A stretch of 64,000 nucleotides of DNA from the NCBI GenBank assembly GCA_038064735.1, contig JBBTSI010000001.1:22012-86011 (forward strand), read 5' to 3'. Below the pieces are notes generated by a model. It worked only from the letters and a program-made list of their open reading frames with translations. It had not been told where the DNA came from and ran no database searches. The position numbers and the translations under genes were made by a program. Of the stretch, positions 34,584 through 43,777 are shown in pieces. The number at the start of each line of letters is the position of its first letter. The first letter of the stretch is position 1. This DNA comes from Patescibacteria group bacterium (GTDB taxonomy: Bacteria; Patescibacteriota; Minisyncoccia; Phycocordibacterales; WO2-35-19).

Positions 34584-37235
34584 ATGAAAAAAACTCTTCT
34601 AATTATATTTTGTCTCATAATTTTATTAGGCTTCATACCTAAAGCCGAAGCCTTTTATACCGTATCAAATGGAGCTATTGAATATCCTGCAGATTTAGAT
34701 TTATCAGACCCAAGTGCAATGGATCAAGTGATTAGATTTTTATCTTGTGCTTCTGGTTTTGAAAGTGTATGTCTTTCTTTACAGCAGGATTTATTTAGTG
34801 CAGTGTTGAATAGGTTTAATCAATATTATGATATTTTCTACAATTTTGGGAGAGGATATTGGACTGATAGGTACTATGTTATGAGGTCATTTGATGCTGC
34901 TGATGCTGATATCGGTAATCCGACTGTAATGGATCCTTATTCCTCAGAAGCTTTAATGACACCTACAAGTTGTAGTCAGGGTAGTGAATGTAGTAATTTA
35001 CCTTATTTAGGTAATGCTTGTGGTTCTTGGCCTAATCAATCTCTGGGATTTACAAGAATACCTGGTCTTACCAGAAGTATGGATTGTACAACTCTTGGTG
35101 GTGGTGTTGGTCATGCCATGACTGATGTTTATATAGGAATGGTTCCCGTTACCACTTGTGAATTTGGTGTACCTTTAGGTAACAGAAGATGCCCTAATTT
35201 ACCAGATATAAATGGTCCAGCTTCAGTGCCTTCTGGTACTACTGCAACTATTTCTTGGACTACTGAAGATAGTTTTCTGCCAGATAGTTTATTAAGATTT
35301 ATTAATAATTGTACCGTTACTTCTTCTCCTTTTGTTGGGAATTGGTCTGGACTTTCAGGAACTCAATCACCAGTTTTAAATGCTAATACAACCTTCACTT
35401 TAACTTGTACCAGTAATCTTCCAAGTGGAACTCCTTTTATAAAATCTAAAACGGTAAATGTCACCGCTCCCGTCACCGTCTCTGTCACCGCCACCACTCC
35501 ATACAACACCACTCCTAGTACCAATGTGCTATTTGCATATGTACCCACTACCAATACCGGTACAACTGAATGCAGACTTTTGGACAATGTTTCCTCTCCT
35601 TTAACCGCATATCAAGCTGGCAGTCCAATCACATATTCTTCACCTAGTGCAGTGGGTTCATATGGATATTATGTGCAGTGTCGGAATACAGTGACCACTT
35701 CAGCTATTGGAACTTCAAATTTAATTACGGTGAATACAGCTTGTTTAGCTGGTAGTGATTTTGTAGCCGGAGCTTGTCGAGTGAGACCAACTATCACTGC
35801 TTCAACAGGGGCCAATGGATCAGTGATTCCAAGTGGAGTATCAACTGTAGTTTATGGTTCCAATCTAACATATACCATTACTCCAAGTGCCGGATATCAA
35901 GTGGCTAATGTTTTAGTTGACGGCAGTTCAGTGGGCACAGTGGGCACATATACTTTTTCTAATATTATCGCTAACCATACAATCAGCGCTACCTTCACAG
36001 CTTCAGCTTGTGCTAACGGAGCCACTAACCCTCCAACTTGTACCACTTGTGTAGCTGGTTCAGCCATAATCGCGGGGATATGTACTCCCGTCACCGTCTC
36101 TGTCACCGCCACCACTCCATACAACACCACTCCTAGTACCAATGTGCTATTTGCATATGTACCCACTACCAATACCGGTACAACTGAATGCAGACTTTTG
36201 GACAATGTTTCCTCTCCTTTAACCGCATATCAAGCTGGCAGTCCAATCACATATTCTTCACCTAGTGCAGTGGGTTCATATGGATATTATGTGCAGTGTC
36301 GGAATACTACTTATACAACTATTACAGGGAATTCTGGATTGATTACTGTTAATGTTGCTTTAGCTCCAGTTGCCCCTTCTGTCACCGATTCCCCAGCTAC
36401 TTCCATAACAACTTCTAGTGCTGTTTTAAATGCTGAAGTCACTTCTCTTGGAGTTCCTGCTTCTTCCATCTCAGCTCGAGGTATTTGTTACAGCACCAGT
36501 CCTTCTCCAAGTTTACTTAATGGAGCTAACTGTAATATTAATGGGGCGGTAACCCTAGGAGCATTTACTAGAGCTATAGCTGGTCTGACTTCTGGTACTA
36601 CTTATTATTATCGTGGATATGCTACTAATGGAACTGGTACTGGATATTCTGCAGGTGGATCGTTTACTTCTAATGTAGCTGTTACTACATACAATCTTCA
36701 AATTAATTCTCTTACTCCTGGTTCTGGTGTTTCTATGACTGTTGTACCTGTTGATAGAATTGGTAATGCTGATGGCTCTACCGCATTTACTCGCACCTAT
36801 AACAATAATACTTCTGTTTTTGTCACAGCTCCTGCCACTGCTCCTGGGGGTAATAATTTCTCTAATTGGGGTGTTACTGATTGTAATTCTATTACGGGTA
36901 CTTATACTTGTGAAGTTATTATGAATGGTCCCAAAATTATTAGAGCTGTTTATGCTTCTCCTAATGTTTCTCTAAATGTTGTCGTAAAAACGGCACACGG
37001 AAGAGTAACAAGCGATAGTGGTGGCATAGATTGTGGGACCACTTGTGTTGCTTCATATCCTCCTAATACTGTTGTTATACTTACCGAAACACCAAACGCC
37101 AATAGAAAATTTTGGAGATGGAGAGGGCCCATTTGTAATGAGGGTAATCAAACATCAACAACTTGCACGTTTATTGTTGCTGGTCAAACTGTGTATGCAG
37201 ACTTTGCTATAAGTCCTGGTTATAAAGAGTTCTAG
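34584..37235 (+). CDS. Large secreted Cys-rich protein, paralog B (883 aa), with exact internal duplication and the same C-terminal domain
   Basis: Signal peptide MKKTLLIIFCLIILLGFIPKAEAF. Shares CEFGVPLGNRRCPNLPDINGPASVPSGTTATISW and the C-terminal SDSGGIDCGTTCVASYPPNTVVILTETPNANRKFWRWRGPIC...VYADF domain with paralog A. Confidence 0.5.
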   Translation: MKKTLLIIFCLIILLGFIPKAEAFYTVSNGAIEYPADLDLSDPSAMDQVIRFLSCASGFESVCLSLQQDLFSAVLNRFNQYYDIFYNFGRGYWTDRYYVMRSFDAADADIGNPTVMDPYSSEALMTPTSCSQGSECSNLPYLGNACGSWPNQSLGFTRIPGLTRSMDCTTLGGGVGHAMTDVYIGMVPVTTCEFGVPLGNRRCPNLPDINGPASVPSGTTATISWTTEDSFLPDSLLRFINNCTVTSSPFVGNWSGLSGTQSPVLNANTTFTLTCTSNLPSGTPFIKSKTVNVTAPVTVSVTATTPYNTTPSTNVLFAYVPTTNTGTTECRLLDNVSSPLTAYQAGSPITYSSPSAVGSYGYYVQCRNTVTTSAIGTSNLITVNTACLAGSDFVAGACRVRPTITASTGANGSVIPSGVSTVVYGSNLTYTITPSAGYQVANVLVDGSSVGTVGTYTFSNIIANHTISATFTASACANGATNPPTCTTCVAGSAIIAGICTPVTVSVTATTPYNTTPSTNVLFAYVPTTNTGTTECRLLDNVSSPLTAYQAGSPITYSSPSAVGSYGYYVQCRNTTYTTITGNSGLITVNVALAPVAPSVTDSPATSITTSSAVLNAEVTSLGVPASSISARGICYSTSPSPSLLNGANCNINGAVTLGAFTRAIAGLTSGTTYYYRGYATNGTGTGYSAGGSFTSNVAVTTYNLQINSLTPGSGVSMTVVPVDRIGNADGSTAFTRTYNNNTSVFVTAPATAPGGNNFSNWGVTDCNSITGTYTCEVIMNGPKIIRAVYASPNVSLNVVVKTAHGRVTSDSGGIDCGTTCVASYPPNTVVILTETPNANRKFWRWRGPICNEGNQTSTTCTFIVAGQTVYADFAISPGYKEF
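35467..35689 (+). repeat. 223-bp exact in-frame direct repeat, copy 1 (copy 2 at 36085..36307)
   Basis: The nucleotide string ctcccgtcaccgtctctgtcaccgccaccactccatacaac...gtgcagtgtcggaatac is identical at both positions. It encodes PVTVSVTATTPYNTTPSTNVLFAYVPTTNTGTTECRLLDNVSSPLTAYQAGSPITYSSPSAVGSYGYYVQCRNT twice. Confidence 0.85.
36085..36307 (+). repeat. 223-bp exact in-frame direct repeat, copy 2
   Basis: Identical to 35467..35689, offset 618 bp. Confidence 0.85.
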
Positions 37236-37267
37236 GATTTGGAAAATAAAAATACTAAAAATTATTT

Positions 37268-37308
37268 AAAAATTATCAAAAAATGGCTTGATTGAGCCGT
37301 TTTTTGAT
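37268..37308 (+). terminator. Terminator hairpin after the 34584 gene
   Basis: aattatcaaaaaa-tggcttgattgagccg-ttttttgataatt: a 13-bp stem with U-rich 3' arm. Confidence 0.45.
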
Positions 37309-37330
37309 AATTAGACTACACCACACTTTG

Positions 37331-37360
37331 CTATTGACGGCAAGTGTAAAATATGCTACT
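37331..37360 (+). promoter_or_regulatory. Candidate sigma70-type promoter (TTGACG - 17 bp - TACTAT) driving a ~220-nt structured leader
   Basis: ctattgacggcaagtgtaaaatatgctactattaag: -35/-10-like hexamers with 17-bp spacing. Confidence 0.3.
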
Positions 37361-37584
37361 ATTAAGTAAATCCGGTAAATGCTGGATTTTGTGTTTTTAA
37401 GGGTTTGCTGCGTTAAAGCAGAGTAAAAATTTAAAAGGTTCGCACTCTGATTCTTTCGTCCGCAAGCCCCTCGATTGTCACTTTAAAAAATTTAAAATTT
37501 TCTCCCTTGAAAGGGAATAGGTGACAGGCGAGATTAAAATTAAACCATTGGCTTATTTTCCAAACTACTGCTTTAGGATTTGTT

Positions 37585-38055
37585 ATGTTGGCTTCGAGTG
37601 TTACCGGTTTTAACGGGGCATCATTTGCTCCTTATGTGACCGCTGAGGCTATGGAAGCTGGAGAGACTTCTCCAATTGAAAATAAAAAAGTTTCAAATGA
37701 TTCAATTGAGAAAAGTATGAACATAGAAAAATATGTGAGAAATTATTTTTCTGACATACCGGTCATGATTGAAATCGCCAAGTGTGAGTCCCATTTTCGT
37801 CAAAAAGACAAAGATGGTGATGTGCTTCGCGGAGAAGTAAATAACCTTGATAGAGGTGTGATGCAAATCAACGAATACTATCACAATGAAAATTCTGAGA
37901 AGTTAGGATTTGATATTCTAACCTTAGAAGGGAACACAGCTTATGCTAGGTACCTTTTCGACAAGTATGGTGTCAAACCATGGCAGTCCTCTTCCAAGTG
38001 TTGGGGTAGGACAGTGGCTTACTCTGAATACAAAGAGTTGGCAATCAATAGATAA
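37585..38055 (+). CDS. Small lysozyme-like / lytic-transglycosylase (SLT)-like protein
   Basis: IAKCESHFRQ...DRGVMQINEYYH...NTAYARYLF fits the E-S ... G-[LV]-M-Q-I ... AY signature of SLT or transglycosylase-like domains. Confidence 0.45.
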   Translation: MLASSVTGFNGASFAPYVTAEAMEAGETSPIENKKVSNDSIEKSMNIEKYVRNYFSDIPVMIEIAKCESHFRQKDKDGDVLRGEVNNLDRGVMQINEYYHNENSEKLGFDILTLEGNTAYARYLFDKYGVKPWQSSSKCWGRTVAYSEYKELAINR

Positions 38056-38073
38056 TAAATAAAAGTTAAAAAT

Positions 38074-38112
38074 AAAATCCTCTTGCTCACTAAGCAGGGG
38101 ATTTTGTTTTTT
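38074..38112 (+). terminator. Rho-independent terminator after the SLT-like gene
   Basis: aaaatcctct-tgctcactaagc-aggggatttt followed by gtttttt. Confidence 0.6.
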
Positions 38113-38180
38113 GTATATTTTAATGTTCGTCGTCAAGTCTTTCCTTAGAGGGAGCTCTCTGGTAGGAACGTCGCACAATA

Positions 38181-38340
38181 TATCTTTGTGGTAGTTATTG
38201 TGGAGCAATAACTACCACAAAGATAGCGCATGTTTTACAACGTTGCGATGCAACATCGTAAAACATGCTTCTCCCCCACTACTGGAATTATTTTTTAGAG
38301 ATGGGAATTAAAATAAAAATATTTTGTTATTTTAATTCCC
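38181..38340. repeat. Cluster of three strong palindromic hairpins in a convergent intergenic region
   Basis: (1) 38181..38225: perfect 20-bp stem tatctttgtggtagttattg / caataactaccacaaagata, loop tggag. (2) 38228..38268: gcatgttttac...gtaaaacatgc with inner gttgc-gat-gcaac. (3) 38303..38340: gggaattaaaataa / ttattttaattccc, 14-bp stem. Confidence 0.6.
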
Positions 38341-38358
38341 CCACATGTGCAGATAGTT

Positions 38359-38631
38359 TTATTTTAGTTTGACCAGTATATTCTTTATAAAACTAACGAA
38401 GTAGTTCCAGATGGTAATCATGATATTATCGTATTTTTCCCAGCCTCTGGTTGCTAAGCTGTAAAACTGATCTAGGAGCTCTTTTGGCTTGCCAGTGGTC
38501 AAAAAGCCGACTACATCTACGTTATAGACGTACTTGAGAAGCACTAAAGCGCCCACTATAAGCAAAATTAGTTGGATAAATCCTGCCTCTCGACTTCCCT
38601 TTCTATTTTTTTTAAAATTTGGAAATTGCAT
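38359..38631 (-). CDS. Small hypothetical membrane protein
   Basis: 90 aa, one strong TM (FIQLILLIVGALVLL), no recognisable domain. Confidence 0.3.
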   Translation of the reverse strand: MQFPNFKKNRKGSREAGFIQLILLIVGALVLLKYVYNVDVVGFLTTGKPKELLDQFYSLATRGWEKYDNIMITIWNYFVSFIKNILVKLK

Positions 38632-38658
38632 TATTGTTTGAAATTTATTTTATAAAAA

Positions 38659-39933
38659 TTAAAGTTTAGGTAAATAAAGCATTGGGTCAAGATAAGCTCT
38701 GACATCAGCTACCGGAATGGTCACATTTTTGCAGTTTATACTCGAAGAGTATTTTTGAACTTCCACACCTTGACTAGCGTAGACAGTCAAGTGAAGATGT
38801 GGTCCAGTAGAATAGCCTGTATTACCACTGTAACCTATCACTTCATTTTGGCCGACCTGTTGTCCCGATGACACCTTTATCAAATCCAAATGGCCATAGA
38901 GGGTGGATAGGCCGTTTGGATGCTCCACAAGGATCCATTTACCATAAGAGTAACAGCCTTTTTGAGCATCGGTGTTGCCAGTGCCCTTGACTATACCGTC
39001 AAGCACCGCTTTGACTGGTGTGCCTCGGCTAGCTCCAAAATCGACACCGTTGTGAGTGCCGGAAGAATAAAGCCTCCCCGAGTCAGCAGTTCTGCCAAAA
39101 TATTGTGTTAAGCGCACAGTATCTAGTGGCCACGAAAAAATACCCTTACCACTTGATGGGAAACTGTTTGGATCGATGGCTCTTTTGAGTTGGGATTCGA
39201 AATCAAAAAGCTCTTTTTCGAATCTGTCTTTTTCGGCTTGCCTTTGGGCTAGTATCTTTTTATATTCAGTTTCTTTGTTTTTGGTGGCGACGAGGAGGGT
39301 GGTTTTCTCTTTTTTGTTTGAAGCCAAAATTTGATTTTGATCACTCAAGTCCGATTTCAGAGAAACCAAATTTTTCTTCTGCCCTTCCGAGGCTGATTTT
39401 TTATCAGATAAATCTTTTTCATAAGCGAGCAGTTCTTGTGTTTTTTCCCGCACTTTTTGCTGGAACTGGTTCATCACTTCATATTCATTGAAAACGTCAG
39501 CCAAGCTTTTGTCGGTGAGGAAACTTTCTATCAGCGTCTTATCGTCATTTTGTTGAATACTACTTATGATTTTTGTTATAGCTTCTACGTTGGCCGAAAT
39601 CCTTTTTTCGGTGTCACCAATCTCATCACTCAATTGTTCAATAGTGAGATTGGTCTTTTGGATATTGGTTTCAGTTTTTTTTATCTCGGTACCAACTTTT
39701 TTTTGATTTATATCGAGCACTTTCACGGCGCTTTGCAGAGTTTGGGCCTGGCCGTTTGTCACTTCTATTTGTTTTTCATAAGTTTTTATTTCTTGTTCTA
39801 ATTGTTTTATTTTGTCGGTGTGGCTGTCGATGTTTTGTTTCAGTTGATCAACAGATTGAGCAGAAGACACACTTGATATGCCAAGTGTCAAAATTGTTAT
39901 CAATATAGTTGTAAATAATTTTTTATTTAACAT
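38659..39933 (-). CDS. M23 family peptidoglycan DD-metalloendopeptidase with N-terminal coiled-coil (EnvC-like architecture)
   Basis: Signal peptide, about 250 aa of heptad-rich coiled-coil, then HNGVDFGASRGTPVKAVLDGIV...GHLDLIKV...GYSGNTGYSTGPHLHLTVY, the M23 HxxxD / HxH motifs. Confidence 0.8.
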   Translation of the reverse strand: MLNKKLFTTILITILTLGISSVSSAQSVDQLKQNIDSHTDKIKQLEQEIKTYEKQIEVTNGQAQTLQSAVKVLDINQKKVGTEIKKTETNIQKTNLTIEQLSDEIGDTEKRISANVEAITKIISSIQQNDDKTLIESFLTDKSLADVFNEYEVMNQFQQKVREKTQELLAYEKDLSDKKSASEGQKKNLVSLKSDLSDQNQILASNKKEKTTLLVATKNKETEYKKILAQRQAEKDRFEKELFDFESQLKRAIDPNSFPSSGKGIFSWPLDTVRLTQYFGRTADSGRLYSSGTHNGVDFGASRGTPVKAVLDGIVKGTGNTDAQKGCYSYGKWILVEHPNGLSTLYGHLDLIKVSSGQQVGQNEVIGYSGNTGYSTGPHLHLTVYASQGVEVQKYSSSINCKNVTIPVADVRAYLDPMLYLPKL

Positions 39934-40032
39934 TATTTAAATCAAAATTAAAAAATCAAAATGCAAAATAACAGTTAAAAATAAATAATTTTAAATTTTG
40001 CATTGTAATTTTTATTTTTGATATTTACATTT

Positions 40033-41367
40033 TCAATTTATTAAAACTTCTACCGCTTTCTTAATTCTATCCCTGCTTTCTTCTGTACCTAAAATATCAA
40101 TCAGAGTAAAAGGGTCTGGAGATTTTTCTTTTCCCGATAGGGCATAGCGTAATGGCCAGAGCACTTCCCCCTTCCCTGTTTCTTCGGCCAGACTCATAAT
40201 TTTGTCTGGTGTGTCAATTATTTCTAAAACTTTTTCCAAATTTTCTTTTGCATTTTCTGGTGTTTGTGTTTTCCAAACTATTTTTTCTTTTTCTAAATGA
40301 GGTTTATCAAATAAATAATCATACTCATTTGTTTCTAGTAACTCAGCAACTTCTCCCCATCGGTGTATTCTGTCCAGCAAAATTTTCATAAGTTTCGTCA
40401 TAAACTCTTCGTTTTTCATTTTCTCACTTCCCTTCCATTTTGTTTTTTCAATTTGGTTTTTGAAATTTGAAATTTTAAATTCGTGCGGAGCACGCATTAT
40501 GTATTCTCTATTTAACCAATTCAGTTTTTCTATATTAAACAGAGCACCCTTTTTTTGGACTTTAGTTAGATCAAAGGTTTTTATAAGTTCTTCCATGCTG
40601 AAAATTTCCTGATCTGTACCCGGGTTCCAACCTATCATTGCCAAGAAGTTGATAACCGCTTCGGGCAAATATCCAGCTTTTTTGTAAAAAGAAACAGAGA
40701 CTTTCTCGCCGTGATTTCTTTTGGAAAGTTTGGTTTTATCTTCAGCTAATATCATCGGTAAATGAGCGTAAATAGGTCGAGGCGCGCCAATAGCTTCTTG
40801 AATAAGTATTTGTCTTGGAGTATTAGAAATACCGTCATCACCCCTCACGACATGAGTGACACCCATTTCGAAATCATCTATCACGACCGCCAAGTGATAA
40901 ATAGGTTCACTTAAACTTTTGGCAATCACGAAATCGTGAAGTTCGGTAGTATCAAATTCTATCTCGCCCCTTATCAAATCATGGAAAGCTATTTTTTTGT
41001 TTGGATTTCTGAATCTTATAACCTCATCCCTTTGACCTTCTTCTTTTACTTCTTCTTTGGATATATAAGCTTTATCTTCGTTTATCAATTTTTGCAAATA
41101 TTTGGTGTAAATTTCACTTCTTTCGGATTGTTTTACAGTTGTGGAAAAATCTGGTTCAATCCCGAGCCATTTTAGGTTTTCAACGATATCATTCGCATAT
41201 TCTTGTTTAGACCTTTCTTTATCGGTGTCTTCTAGCCTGAAGACGATTTGACCTTTATTTTGTTTGGCAAAAAGGTAGTTAAAAAGAAAGGTTCTAGCGT
41301 TGCCTATGTGGAAAAGGCCTGTAGGAGACGGCGGAAAACGCACTATGACTTTTTGATTGTCTGGCAT
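40033..41367 (-). CDS. gltX: Glutamyl-tRNA synthetase
   Basis: VIVRFPPSPTGLFHIGNARTFLFNY (HIGH), KLSKR (KMSKS), 444 aa. Confidence 0.85.
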   Translation of the reverse strand: MPDNQKVIVRFPPSPTGLFHIGNARTFLFNYLFAKQNKGQIVFRLEDTDKERSKQEYANDIVENLKWLGIEPDFSTTVKQSERSEIYTKYLQKLINEDKAYISKEEVKEEGQRDEVIRFRNPNKKIAFHDLIRGEIEFDTTELHDFVIAKSLSEPIYHLAVVIDDFEMGVTHVVRGDDGISNTPRQILIQEAIGAPRPIYAHLPMILAEDKTKLSKRNHGEKVSVSFYKKAGYLPEAVINFLAMIGWNPGTDQEIFSMEELIKTFDLTKVQKKGALFNIEKLNWLNREYIMRAPHEFKISNFKNQIEKTKWKGSEKMKNEEFMTKLMKILLDRIHRWGEVAELLETNEYDYLFDKPHLEKEKIVWKTQTPENAKENLEKVLEIIDTPDKIMSLAEETGKGEVLWPLRYALSGKEKSPDPFTLIDILGTEESRDRIKKAVEVLIN

Positions 41368-41384
41368 GAGCTTATTATAGCAAA

Positions 41385-42518
41385 TTATTCCAAATTTTCG
41401 TGAGAATAGACAATAGCGAGAAGTTCACGAGCTATGGTGTTAGCGGCGCCGGGTTTGAAGAAATCTTTGGCTCCGGCCTGCATTTTTTCACTGAGTTCTT
41501 TGCTCTCTATTATTCTTTTTATTTCGGAGAGGAATATGTGGGATTTCAGATTTTCCTCTTGCAAGACGCTACAAGCACCACTCCCGGCATAAGCGAAAGC
41601 GTTTTTGACCTGATGATCGGCATTTGAATCGGTTATAGGGATTATGATAGAAGGTTTTTGCCAAGAAGCGATTTCAAATATAGTTGAACCGCCTCGGCTT
41701 ATCACTAGAGAGGCGATACCGGCTGCCATCCTCATTTCTAAGCTATTTAAATATCCGAAAGTTTTGTAGCGTTTTTTGTACGGGTTTTCGAGAAGTACAG
41801 CATCGGCAGATTCTTCCATTACTTTTTTATTTAATGGACCCGTTTGGTGTATGATTTGAAAATTTTTCACTAACTCCGGCAAAATATCCAACACAGCATT
41901 GTTTATGAGTTCTGCTCCTTGCGAACCACCCATTATAAATATAGTTGGAATACTGGTATCAAAACCAAAAAACTCTCCAGCTTCGTTTGTGATAGGAGTT
42001 AATCTTTCTTCTAATATCGGTTGCCCAGTATGGACTACTTTGTTAGCTGGAAAATAAGTAGCCGCTTCTTCATAAGAGACAGCTACTCGAGTGGCAAATT
42101 TGCCGGCCCATTTGTTGACTCTCCCAGGGGCAGAATCAGACTCATGGACGAATACTGGGATACGCAAAAGACGAGCGGCCAAAACCACGGGGAAACTGCC
42201 GTATCCTCCTTTGCTGAAAACTACATCGGGGAATATATCAAAAACATCAAATAAAGCACCCAAACAACCCCAAGCCATTTTGAAAAAGTCGGTAAAATTT
42301 AAAAGAGAAAAATATCGGCGCATTTTCCCGGCGGTAATTTTTTTGAAGGTTATATTGTGGTCATAAAGCAAACCCTGGTTGTATGGTGATGGAGCACAAA
42401 AAAACATTTCTGGACTCAAAAGTTTTTTCTCTTTTGAAATTTTTTGGATTGATTCGACTACGGCAATGATTGGATAAAAGTGTCCACCCGTTACTCCGCC
42501 CGTAAATATTATTTTCAT
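41385..42518 (-). CDS. murG: UDP-GlcNAc:lipid I N-acetylglucosaminyltransferase MurG
   Basis: MKIIFTGGVTGGHFYPIIAV N-terminus, GT28 two-domain pattern, GGSQGA. Follows ftsW as in dcw clusters. Confidence 0.85.
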   Translation of the reverse strand: MKIIFTGGVTGGHFYPIIAVVESIQKISKEKKLLSPEMFFCAPSPYNQGLLYDHNITFKKITAGKMRRYFSLLNFTDFFKMAWGCLGALFDVFDIFPDVVFSKGGYGSFPVVLAARLLRIPVFVHESDSAPGRVNKWAGKFATRVAVSYEEAATYFPANKVVHTGQPILEERLTPITNEAGEFFGFDTSIPTIFIMGGSQGAELINNAVLDILPELVKNFQIIHQTGPLNKKVMEESADAVLLENPYKKRYKTFGYLNSLEMRMAAGIASLVISRGGSTIFEIASWQKPSIIIPITDSNADHQVKNAFAYAGSGACSVLQEENLKSHIFLSEIKRIIESKELSEKMQAGAKDFFKPGAANTIARELLAIVYSHENLE

Positions 42519-42527
42519 TTATTTAAT

Positions 42528-43649
42528 TTAACTCTTAGCTTTTAACCTTTTACTGTTTCTCGATATACTCATCACTATGCCGGCTTCAATCAAGGTGATG
42601 AATAGGGCCGTACCACCATGACTGACGAATGGCAGGGGGATGCCAGTTAACGGCAGGATTCCTATCATACCCCCAATATTCACAAATGCTTGTGACACTA
42701 TAAGTATAACAATTCCTAAAGACACAAGTCTACCAAAGTCATCACCAGCCCTCAGGGATATTTTGAGACCTTCCAAACCAAACATGACGAAAATAGCCAT
42801 TATAATAAATGCTCCAAAAAAACCGAATTCTTCTGCAGCCACTGCGAAGACCGAGTCGCCAATGGGCTCTGGTAGGTAGTGAAATTTTTGAATACTTTGG
42901 CCGAATCCCCTGCCCCAAATTTGCCCGGAACCTACTGCTATAAGTGATTGGTTGAGCTGGTAACCGCTGGTTTGATCATTGGCTACTGGGTGGAGCATAA
43001 TATCTATTCTTTGTTTTATATAAGGTCTGGTTAAATAAAGTACGGCTAAAACCGCTATGCCGGCAATAATTATGGCTCCTATGTGCCGCCATTTTGCTCC
43101 CGAAACTATGTACATTGAAAGAGCTGCGAAAATGATAACAGCGAAAGTATCAGTATCGGGTTGGGCTAGAAGTATGGCTCCCAATATTCCAGAAAATATA
43201 GTAAAAGGTAAAAGACCCCAAGAAAAAGTACCAACTTTGTCTTTGATACTTGATAGCCAAGCGGCGAAATACATTATAAAAGCAATTTTAAGAATTTCTG
43301 CAGGTTGGAAAGATGGCAAAGGACCTAAGTCGATCCAACGTTTGGCGCCGCCGTGTTCCATGCCAATGCCGGGCACGAAAACTAAAAGAGTGAGTATGAC
43401 AGAACCGATGAAAAAAAAGAAAGAATATTTTTTCCAAACATGGTAATCAATTTTGGCGAAAAATATGCAAGCAATAGATCCGAAAAACAGGCCATAAAAA
43501 ATCTGGTTGAAAGCGACGCTGGAAAATTCAACTTCATTTCGGGCCAACAGTCCGAGCGATGCCGAGCTGAAAATGAAAAATCCGCCAACAACCAAAACAA
43601 TAGTCCAAAACAAAAATATCCTGTTTATTTTACCAAGTTTGGCCGCCAT
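42528..43649 (-). CDS. ftsW: SEDS family peptidoglycan glycosyltransferase FtsW/RodA
   Basis: About 10 TM helices, conserved NPGTDQ-like loop and GGTA...G motif. Sits between mraY and murG. Confidence 0.8.
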   Translation of the reverse strand: MAAKLGKINRIFLFWTIVLVVGGFFIFSSASLGLLARNEVEFSSVAFNQIFYGLFFGSIACIFFAKIDYHVWKKYSFFFFIGSVILTLLVFVPGIGMEHGGAKRWIDLGPLPSFQPAEILKIAFIMYFAAWLSSIKDKVGTFSWGLLPFTIFSGILGAILLAQPDTDTFAVIIFAALSMYIVSGAKWRHIGAIIIAGIAVLAVLYLTRPYIKQRIDIMLHPVANDQTSGYQLNQSLIAVGSGQIWGRGFGQSIQKFHYLPEPIGDSVFAVAAEEFGFFGAFIIMAIFVMFGLEGLKISLRAGDDFGRLVSLGIVILIVSQAFVNIGGMIGILPLTGIPLPFVSHGGTALFITLIEAGIVMSISRNSKRLKAKS

Positions 43650-43695
43650 GGTTTTATTTTAACATAACAAAACATAAAATAGCTTCTTTCGCTTT

Positions 43696-43754
43696 GCACG
43701 GATATTTTTCTGCTGAAAAATTCCTCGTGCTCGCTTCAGTCAAGCTCGCAAGGC
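43696..43754. repeat. 59-nt intergenic repeat element, copy 2 (between mraY stop and ftsW start, where murD would normally lie)
   Basis: gcacggatatttttctgctgaaaaattcctcgtgctcgcttcagtcaagctcgcaaggca: differs from copy 1 only by small indels and substitutions in the 5' half. Confidence 0.6.
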
Positions 43755-43777
43755 ACACTCAAGAACTATTTTATGTT

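Noticed and set aside
38181-38340. CRISPR array
   Set aside because: The structures are inverted repeats (hairpins) with three unrelated sequences, not direct repeats separated by spacers. No cas genes in the window.
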